A DNA stretch of 64,000 nucleotides from the NCBI GenBank assembly GCA_002421665.1, contig DISH01000006.1:153784-217783 (forward strand). The letters are read 5' to 3'. Source of the stretch: Candidatus Omnitrophica bacterium UBA6215 (lineage in GTDB: Bacteria; Omnitrophota; Gorgyraeia; Pluralincolimonadales; Pluralincolimonadaceae). A program made the position numbers and the translations under genes. The notes beneath the pieces were generated by a model. The model saw only the letters and a program-made list of their open reading frames with translations, ran no database searches and was not told where the DNA came from. The first letter of the stretch is position 1, and each line of letters begins with the position of its first letter. This document shows positions 57,557 to 64,000 of the stretch, piece after piece.

Positions 57557-58896
57557 TTTTTGATCTCCTCCATCTTCATGCCGCGCGAACCTTTTACCAG
57601 GACCAGGTCCCCCTGCCTCAATATTTTTTTCAAGGCCGTTGCAGCCTCTACCGAATTATCAAAACGGAGGAGGGTTTCTCCGCCGATCCCCTCCTCCCGA
57701 GCGCCCTCCAGGATATACCCGGAGAACGAGCCCACACTTACCAGTACTTCCACATTTGCCCTTGCGGCCAGGCGGCCGATCTCCCTGTGGGATTCAGGCG
57801 CAGAATCCCCTAGCTCAAGCATGTCACCGGCAACAAGCACCTTCCTCTTATCAGGGCCCAGATCCCGCAGCGTCTCTATGGCCGCCTTCATCGACAGCGG
57901 ATTGGAATTGTAACAATCAAAGACAAAATCCACCCCGCCCGACGATTCCAATTCCATCCTGAGTTTCGGCAGCCGGAAGCCTTCGAGAGCTTTTGCCGCT
58001 TCCTGCACTTCAATACCGTAAAGCGAAGCTGCCGCTATGGCGGCAAGTACGTTATATATATTGTGCCTCCCTATTATCCCCAGTCTCACGATATGGGTAT
58101 CATTAACCGTAAAATCCATGCCGCAGCTGTCCTCTTTTATCTTCCCGGCGGTATAATTACAGCCCGCGTTCAAACCGAATGTGACGGTATCCGCACACAT
58201 ATCCATGGCCGCATCGGCAAGATCGCGGTCGTCACCGTTGACTACGGCGTATCCCCCCTGGCCTACCCTCTTCAAAAGGTCAAGTTTCTCTGTCCTTACG
58301 TTATCAACGGTCCCGAAGAATTCCAGGTGAGAAGGGCCGGCGTTCACAATTATTCCGCAGTTTGGCTGGACCATGTCCGAAAGATAGGCGATCTCCCCGA
58401 AATGGTTAGTCCCTAACTCTATTACTGCCATATCGTGAGGCCTCTCCATCTTAAGCAGCGTCTGCGGTACCCCGATGAAATTATTCTTGGTGCCCTCGTT
58501 CTTCAGGACATTATACCTTGAAGAAAGTATGGTAAAAAGCATCTCCTTTGTCGTTGTCTTGCCGTTAGAACCGGTCAGGGCTATGACCGGGATGTCGAAC
58601 CTACGGCGGTGGTAACCCGCCAGTTTACCGAAAGCCTTGAGGGTATCGTCCACCCGTATGACAGAAGCGGACCCGGATATAGATACCCGATGTTCGACAA
58701 CCACTCCTGATGCCCCCTTCCTTACCGCTTCCTCAACAAAATCGTGACCGTCGAAAGTAGCGCCTTTTATCGCCACAAAAAGGCAACCTTTCTCAGGCTT
58801 CCTCGAATCCGTCGATACGCCCGTAAAATCCTCACGCGCGCCATCCCGCGCCAGCGTGCCCCCCGTCGCTTCCAGGACCTCTCCTATCTTGAACAA
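57529..58896 (-). CDS. murF: UDP-MurNAc-tripeptide--D-Ala-D-Ala ligase
   Basis: ALTGSNGKTTTKEM. Confidence 0.85.
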   Translation of the reverse strand: MFKIGEVLEATGGTLARDGAREDFTGVSTDSRKPEKGCLFVAIKGATFDGHDFVEEAVRKGASGVVVEHRVSISGSASVIRVDDTLKAFGKLAGYHRRRFDIPVIALTGSNGKTTTKEMLFTILSSRYNVLKNEGTKNNFIGVPQTLLKMERPHDMAVIELGTNHFGEIAYLSDMVQPNCGIIVNAGPSHLEFFGTVDNVRTEKLDLLKRVGQGGYAVVNGDDRDLADAAMDMCADTVTFGLNAGCNYTAGKIKEDSCGMDFTVNDTHIVRLGIIGRHNIYNVLAAIAAASLYGIEVQEAAKALEGFRLPKLRMELESSGGVDFVFDCYNSNPLSMKAAIETLRDLGPDKRKVLVAGDMLELGDSAPESHREIGRLAARANVEVLVSVGSFSGYILEGAREEGIGGETLLRFDNSVEAATALKKILRQGDLVLVKGSRGMKMEEIKKCFINCSTR

Positions 58897-60341
58897 AGTA
58901 TCTTCCTCGCTACTTCCCTGTCGTCGAACGAAACCGTTGTATTCTTAAGCACCTGGTACGCCTCGTGGCCCTTTCCGGCGATCAATACGCAATCCCCCGG
59001 GCGGGCCTCTGAAAGAGCTTCGCTTATGGCTTCGGTCCTGTCCAGTACCGTTCTATAGTTATCCGTCCCGATCCCCGACACTATCTGCGCAGCTATATCC
59101 GCAGGGTCTTCGCTTCTCGGGTTATCGGAAGTCACAAAGACGAGATCCGATAGCCGCGCGGCGACCCTGCCCATCCTTGGGCGCTTGGTCCTGTCCCTGT
59201 CCCCTCCGCAGCCGAAGACGGTTATTATCCTGTTCCCGATCATCGGCTTTAGCGCCGAAAGGACGTTTACAAGCGCGTCGTCGGTATGGGCATAATCTAC
59301 AAATACCTTGAACGGTTGCCCGCATTCTACGGGTTCAAGCCTCCCGGGGACCGATGACAAACCCTCGATGCCCAGCTTTACCTCTTCGGCGGAAAAATCC
59401 ATGCTTATACCGCAGGCGGCGGCGGCGGTCATATTGTATACATTATGCATCCCGATGAGCCTCGAGTTTATCTCCAGCCTTCCTTTCGGGTAATTGACAG
59501 TGAACCTTGTCCCTTCGAGGGAAAGTTTTATGTCCGTGGAAAGAAAATCGGCGACCAGGTCGGTCCCGTATGTCACAACTCTCCCCTTCGAGACCTTAAG
59601 GAGTTTCCTGCCCCATTCATCATCCATGTTTATTACGGCATAGGCATCATCCCGCAAATTAAGGAAGAGGCGTGATTTTGCCTTGAAATACTCCTCCATG
59701 GTCTTATGATAGTCGAGATGATCCCCAGTCAAATTTGTGAATATGGCCGCGTCAAAAGATATGCCGCCGACCCTGTTCTGGTCCAAAGCATGGGAAGAGA
59801 CTTCCATGACAAGATAGTCGCTCCCGCTTTTGATGATATCTGCCATGAAACCGCAGAGTTCCATGGGACCCGGCGTCGTGTTCGCCGCAGGGATCACCCT
59901 CCCGCCTATCCTGTAGCATATGGTGCCTATGACCCCGGCCTTGTGCCCCGTCGAGGATATTATGCTGTCCATAAGGTAAGATATCGTCGTCTTACCGTTG
60001 GTTCCCGTGACCCCTATGCTCTTTAGCTTGCTCGCAGGACGGCCAAAGAATTCGTTGGCGATCCTGGGCGCCGCGTCCCTTGAACTTCTGACGTATATCC
60101 TTGCCACATGGTCCGGCACGATAATATCATCTTCCATGACAACGGCCACTGCGCCCCTGTCGACCGCATCGTTTACATACCTGTGCCCGTTCGATGCCGC
60201 GCCGTTCACGGCGACAAAAAGAAAAGAACTCCCGGCTGCCCGCGAATCGCAGGTCACCCCTTTTATGTCGATATCTTCCCCGAGAGGGAATACCGAGGAA
60301 TCCCTGTAATCGAGGCTGCCGATAAGGTCCCTTAATCTCAC
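58884..60341 (-). CDS. murE: UDP-MurNAc-L-Ala-D-Glu--2,6-diaminopimelate ligase
   Basis: GVTGTNGKTT. A DNPR motif (DNPRSEDP) indicates meso-DAP specificity. Confidence 0.9.
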   Translation of the reverse strand: MRLRDLIGSLDYRDSSVFPLGEDIDIKGVTCDSRAAGSSFLFVAVNGAASNGHRYVNDAVDRGAVAVVMEDDIIVPDHVARIYVRSSRDAAPRIANEFFGRPASKLKSIGVTGTNGKTTISYLMDSIISSTGHKAGVIGTICYRIGGRVIPAANTTPGPMELCGFMADIIKSGSDYLVMEVSSHALDQNRVGGISFDAAIFTNLTGDHLDYHKTMEEYFKAKSRLFLNLRDDAYAVINMDDEWGRKLLKVSKGRVVTYGTDLVADFLSTDIKLSLEGTRFTVNYPKGRLEINSRLIGMHNVYNMTAAAACGISMDFSAEEVKLGIEGLSSVPGRLEPVECGQPFKVFVDYAHTDDALVNVLSALKPMIGNRIITVFGCGGDRDRTKRPRMGRVAARLSDLVFVTSDNPRSEDPADIAAQIVSGIGTDNYRTVLDRTEAISEALSEARPGDCVLIAGKGHEAYQVLKNTTVSFDDREVARKILCSR

Positions 60342-62069
60342 CTAATCCTCCACCGTATCAAGTTCCACTTCCCTCCTGACCTGTATTGCGGCATTCGGTT
60401 TTATGTCCATGTACCTTAAAGTATCCCTGACTACCCGGCTGAAGACCGGGGCAGCCACGACACCGCCGTAATACAGAGGATGCGGCTGGTCAAGCATTAC
60501 CACGACCACTACCTTGGGATTATTCGCCGGGGCAAAACCCACGAAAGACGCTATGAACTTTGAATGAGAGTATGTCCCGTTCTCTATCTTCTGCGATGTC
60601 CCGGTCTTGCCTCCTGCCTCATAGCCCTCCACCCTGGCCAGTTGTCCCGTCCCGTCCTCAACCACACCGCTTAGTATATCGCGCATGGTAGCCGCGGTCT
60701 TTTCTGACAGGACCTGTCTTACGACGGTAACCGGGAATTCCTTTATGGTCTCGCTATGTTTGTCCTGTATCGACTGTATTATCCTGGGTTTCATCAATTT
60801 CCCGCCGTTTGCGATGACCGACATGGCGCACGCCATCTGGACCGGCGTTACGCTGATCTCCTGGCCCATAGGTATGGCGTAGATCGATGTCCCGGACCAT
60901 CTCGAAGGCGGGCGGATAAGGCCAGGGACCTCTCCGGGCAGGTCTATGTTCGTCAGATCGCCAAAACCGAATTTCTTTATATACGTATAAAGGTCCTCTT
61001 GTCCGAGTTTCATGGCAACTTTCACGGTCCCTATATTGGAGGATTTCTCTATCACCTGTCTGAACGTGAGCCATCCGTGGGGTTTATGATCATGCAGTAT
61101 TCTGCCGCCGGCGTGTTTCCATGCGCCGTTCTCGCAATAGAAACGGTCATCGAGCCCTACGGCTTTCTCCTCAAGGGCCGCCGATGCGGTTACTATCTTG
61201 AATATGGAACCGGGCTCGTACATATCGGTCACCGACCGGTTCCTCTTTTTTTCGGCATCCACGTTCTGGAACGAATTAAGGTTGAAGGTGGGTCTGCTCG
61301 ACATGGCCAGGATATCGCCTTTCCTCGGGTCCATAACAATGATACACGCGCCGATCGGATGGAATTTCTCAACAGCCCAATCAAGTTCTCTCTCTGCTAT
61401 ATGCTGTATGACATCGTCGATTGTAAGCACGAGGTCATGTCCGTCCCTCGAGGGATAATATTCGCATTCAAAGGACGCTATGGGGCGCCTTCGCGCATCC
61501 CTCATGGTAACCCTGTATCCCGGCGTGCCTTTCAGATATCCGTCATACTTAAGCTCAAGGCCCTCGAGACCGTTATCATCCGTGCCGGCATATCCTATCA
61601 CCTGGCTGGCCAGGAAATTATTGGGATAGACTCTTTTGGGCTCCTTTTCGAACCCTATGCCTTTTATCTTGAGGTTCCCGACTTTTTCGGACTCCTTGGG
61701 GTCGACTTTTCTTTTAATCCAGACAAAGCCCTTGTCCCTGCGTATCCTGTCATATACAAATTGTTCGTTTAGGCCCATTGCCGATGCCAGCAATTTGGCA
61801 TCGGCCCTCTTATCCGCCATCTCTCTCGGATTTGCAAAGACGGAATCCAGGTTAATGGAGACCGCCAACGGCCTGAAATTCCTGTCGTATATGGTTCCAC
61901 GCTTAGGTTGCAGTGTAATAACTGCGGTATGCTGTTTCTTTGCCAGGAGGGAATAATCATCTGCCTTGGCGAGTTCAATGTATATTACGCGGATAAGCAG
62001 AAGGCTTAATAGAACAATAAATAAAGAAAATACGAGATTAAGGCGTGTCTTGTGGGCTCTAGTGTACAC
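60342..62069 (-). CDS. ftsI: Division-specific peptidoglycan transpeptidase FtsI (PBP3-like)
   Basis: N-terminal TM. Motifs SIFK (SxxK), SSN (SxN) and KTGTS (KTG[TS]). Confidence 0.85.
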   Translation of the reverse strand: MYTRAHKTRLNLVFSLFIVLLSLLLIRVIYIELAKADDYSLLAKKQHTAVITLQPKRGTIYDRNFRPLAVSINLDSVFANPREMADKRADAKLLASAMGLNEQFVYDRIRRDKGFVWIKRKVDPKESEKVGNLKIKGIGFEKEPKRVYPNNFLASQVIGYAGTDDNGLEGLELKYDGYLKGTPGYRVTMRDARRRPIASFECEYYPSRDGHDLVLTIDDVIQHIAERELDWAVEKFHPIGACIIVMDPRKGDILAMSSRPTFNLNSFQNVDAEKKRNRSVTDMYEPGSIFKIVTASAALEEKAVGLDDRFYCENGAWKHAGGRILHDHKPHGWLTFRQVIEKSSNIGTVKVAMKLGQEDLYTYIKKFGFGDLTNIDLPGEVPGLIRPPSRWSGTSIYAIPMGQEISVTPVQMACAMSVIANGGKLMKPRIIQSIQDKHSETIKEFPVTVVRQVLSEKTAATMRDILSGVVEDGTGQLARVEGYEAGGKTGTSQKIENGTYSHSKFIASFVGFAPANNPKVVVVVMLDQPHPLYYGGVVAAPVFSRVVRDTLRYMDIKPNAAIQVRREVELDTVED

Positions 62070-62125
62070 GTATAACCAACCCTTGTTTTCGGCGGAAAAC
62101 TATTAGGGTATATAAATAATTACTA

Positions 62126-62515
62126 TTATTTTAAAGGTTTAGCCTGGGCTTCGGGGCCCAAAGCGAATAAACTTGCTACAGTCTGGCGGACCCTCCCGAA
62201 AAATCCCACGGCCCCGCTGTCAAACCCGTTATCCTGCGCGATCTCCTGGGAGGAAGCGACAAGTATGAGCCGTTCTTTTGAGGGTACCTCCATCTTGAAA
62301 TTATTAGCAAGGAGCGTTTTTTCCAGGCGGGCCGGCGACTCCAGCTGCCTTACATTATATAACAGTATCTTACTCCGGTCAAGAAGCTGGGAATAGGTCT
62401 GTTCCTTCGCCTTGATATCATAACTGAGACGGATCAGCGAGGTCTGCTGAGCCACATAGACCAGCGAGACCGCCGTTATTAATACAGTTATCACCAGGAA
62501 CTTACAAACTTTCAT
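62126..62515 (-). CDS. ftsL: Cell division protein FtsL-like
   Basis: 129 aa, single TM plus a short coiled coil. Position between rsmH and ftsI. Confidence 0.6.
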   Translation of the reverse strand: MKVCKFLVITVLITAVSLVYVAQQTSLIRLSYDIKAKEQTYSQLLDRSKILLYNVRQLESPARLEKTLLANNFKMEVPSKERLILVASSQEIAQDNGFDSGAVGFFGRVRQTVASLFALGPEAQAKPLK

Positions 62516-63395
62516 CTTTACCTTCTACCCCTCCGCCTTGAACGGTCTTTTTTGCGGCGCGAAGTTTTGCGCTGCGTGCTCTTGCATTGCCGTCTATCTC
62601 TGCTTCGGACGGCGTAATCGGTTTCTTATTCTTCAATTCCAGGGACCCTTTGGCCCTGGCTTCCTTAAACTTGTTCTTCACTATCCTGTCTTCCAGAGAG
62701 TGATAAGAGATAACGCATATCACCCCGGACGGGTTCAGGAGGCCTATCGCCTGGTCCAGCGCCTTCTCCAACCTGGAAAGTTCATCATTAACGGCTATCC
62801 TTAGGGCCTGGAAAGTCCTTGTTGCGACATGTACCCTGCCGTGCCTCGCTTTATACGGAACAGCGCGGACAACCGCTTCAACAAGCCTGCCTGTCGTCTC
62901 TATCGGGGCTTTCTTCCTCTCCGATATAATAGACGCCGCTATCCTCCTGTGGAAGCGCTCCTCTCCGTATTCGGCCAATATACGGTCTAGTTCGGGTTCG
63001 CTGGCGTCGTTGATGATCGCGGCCGCGTCCTTTTTCGAACCGGTATCCATGCGCATGTCAAGCGGAGCGTCGCTGCGAAAACTGAAACCGCGTCCGGCTT
63101 CATCAATCTGCATGGATGACACGCCAAGGTCGAAGAGGAATCCGTCTGCCCCCCCTATACCCATCCTTTCAAAGATCGAGTCAAGCTCGTCAAAGTTGCC
63201 TTTGATCAGGTCTACCCTCTCCCCGGGCCTCCCTAATCTCTTTCCCGCTATCTCAAGCGCCTTCGCGTCCTTGTCCAGGCCGATCAATCTTCCGCCGGGC
63301 GAAACGGCTTCGATCATCGCCAAGGAATGGCCGCCAAGCCCTACCGTGCAATCTACCATTGTCTTTCCCGGCGCGGGCTCAAGCGCTTCAAGCAC
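62502..63395 (-). CDS. rsmH: 16S rRNA (cytosine1402-N4)-methyltransferase
   Basis: MVDCTVGLGGHS SAM-binding N-terminus. Confidence 0.9.
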   Translation of the reverse strand: MLEALEPAPGKTMVDCTVGLGGHSLAMIEAVSPGGRLIGLDKDAKALEIAGKRLGRPGERVDLIKGNFDELDSIFERMGIGGADGFLFDLGVSSMQIDEAGRGFSFRSDAPLDMRMDTGSKKDAAAIINDASEPELDRILAEYGEERFHRRIAASIISERKKAPIETTGRLVEAVVRAVPYKARHGRVHVATRTFQALRIAVNDELSRLEKALDQAIGLLNPSGVICVISYHSLEDRIVKNKFKEARAKGSLELKNKKPITPSEAEIDGNARARSAKLRAAKKTVQGGGVEGKDESL

Positions 63396-63440
63396 CTCTT
63401 TTAAAAGAACGGGCTTATGTGATATCTCCCCGTCGATGCT

Positions 63441-63890
63441 TCAGCCTTTCTCTTCCGGATCCAAAAGGTTCTCTGAGGTCTTCTCGAAGGAAGGCGCGGA
63501 ATCATCGTAATACTTCCGCCATTCTTCCTTCGCCCATATCTCCATCCTGTTGGAGACGCCGATTATCATGACGTCGCGTTTTATCCCGGCGTAATCCTTG
63601 AGGTACTGCGGGAGTAAGACCCTCCCCTGTTTGTCGCAATTGACGTCCACGGCACCCGAGAAAAAAAGGCGGTTGAACTTCCTGGAATCCGCCTTGGTAA
63701 ACGACATCCCTTTGAATTTCTGTTCGGTGAGTTTCCACTCTTCTTCGGTGAATACGAAAAGGCATTTATCTAGGCCGCGCGTGACGTAAAATTTCTCTAC
63801 GAAGTTCTCCTTGAATACCTCGCGGAATTTGGAGGGTATGATGATCCTTCCTTTTCTGTCGATAGTATGTTCGTATTCACCGTAAAACAT
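63441..63890 (-). CDS. mraZ: Transcriptional regulator MraZ
   Basis: MFYGEYEHTIDRKGRIIIPSKFR. Duplicated DxxxR-type MraZ half-domains. Confidence 0.85.
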   Translation of the reverse strand: MFYGEYEHTIDRKGRIIIPSKFREVFKENFVEKFYVTRGLDKCLFVFTEEEWKLTEQKFKGMSFTKADSRKFNRLFFSGAVDVNCDKQGRVLLPQYLKDYAGIKRDVMIIGVSNRMEIWAKEEWRKYYDDSAPSFEKTSENLLDPEEKG

Positions 63891-64000
63891 CTATCATCCC
63901 CCCCATCCAAGAGATTAAAGGTTGTGGGTTCCGAAACTCATAAGGACCGGCTGGACCTTTTTCTCTTTGCCTTTCCCTCTTGCGAGGGCTCCCCGACAAA

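Noticed and set aside
60756-61772. 338-aa plus-strand ORF
   Set aside because: Antisense to ftsI. Similar antisense ORFs occur at 55452..56396 (murD), 40132..40968 (rluD) and 45741..46355 (PNP/yggT). All rejected as shadows of strongly supported genes.
63891-64000. Possible MraZ operator or mraZ promoter upstream of mraZ
   Set aside because: Only a single GTGGG-like element (63920s) is visible. The characteristic spaced repeat array and the promoter would extend beyond the window end, so no call can be made.
1-64000. Search for tRNA, rRNA, CRISPR arrays, IS elements or integrases
   Set aside because: The few intergenic regions (all under 150 bp) contain only promoters and terminators. No direct-repeat arrays, transposase or integrase-like ORFs, or cloverleaf-compatible sequences were seen.

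Overview
This is a densely packed bacterial chromosomal window in which almost every gene lies on the minus strand. It appears to be from a diderm organism, since it carries a PilQ secretin, Lgt/LspA and SurA/PrsA-like foldases. The layout falls into three blocks. (1) 1 to ~13.9 kb is housekeeping: two tandem PrsA/SurA-like PPIases, a shortened Mfd, argS, rsfS, a small zinc-ribbon ORF, a CNNM/CorA Mg2+ pair, nadD, proBA, obg, rpmA, rplU, a macro-domain gene, RNase G and a short DUF2344-like gene. (2) ~13.9 to 30.5 kb is one large type IV pilus supercluster. It holds pilMNOPQ plus a small secreted ORF, three major-pilin paralogs, a divergent plus-strand minor-pilin operon (PilV/W/X-like plus an unknown membrane protein), pilC, two tandem PilB/MshE-type ATPases, a stand-alone MshEN/GSPII-domain protein, pilT, and a HAMP-GAF protein with a degenerate GGDEF domain. 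(3) ~30.5 to 64 kb holds a TIGR03960-type radical SAM gene fused in operon to the rodA-mrdA-mreDCB cell-shape cluster, then aroA, two unknown small membrane/coiled-coil proteins, rluD, lgt, lspA, a dksA-like gene, ileS, PNP, yggT, proC, yggS, and a complete dcw cluster (mraZ-rsmH-ftsL-ftsI-murE-murF-mraY-murD-ftsW-murG-murC-murB-ddl-ftsQ-ftsA). That dcw cluster conspicuously lacks ftsZ. Several near-consensus sigma70 promoters and rho-independent terminators are visible. The most interesting candidate system is a cyclic-di-GMP-linked pilus motor control module: a stand-alone MshEN domain, two MshEN-bearing extension ATPases, PilT and a degenerate GGDEF sensor. This pilus island sits in the middle of what looks like an ancestrally contiguous rodA-radicalSAM-DUF2344-rng-rplU-rpmA-obg block. 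No rRNA, tRNA, CRISPR or mobile element was recognised.
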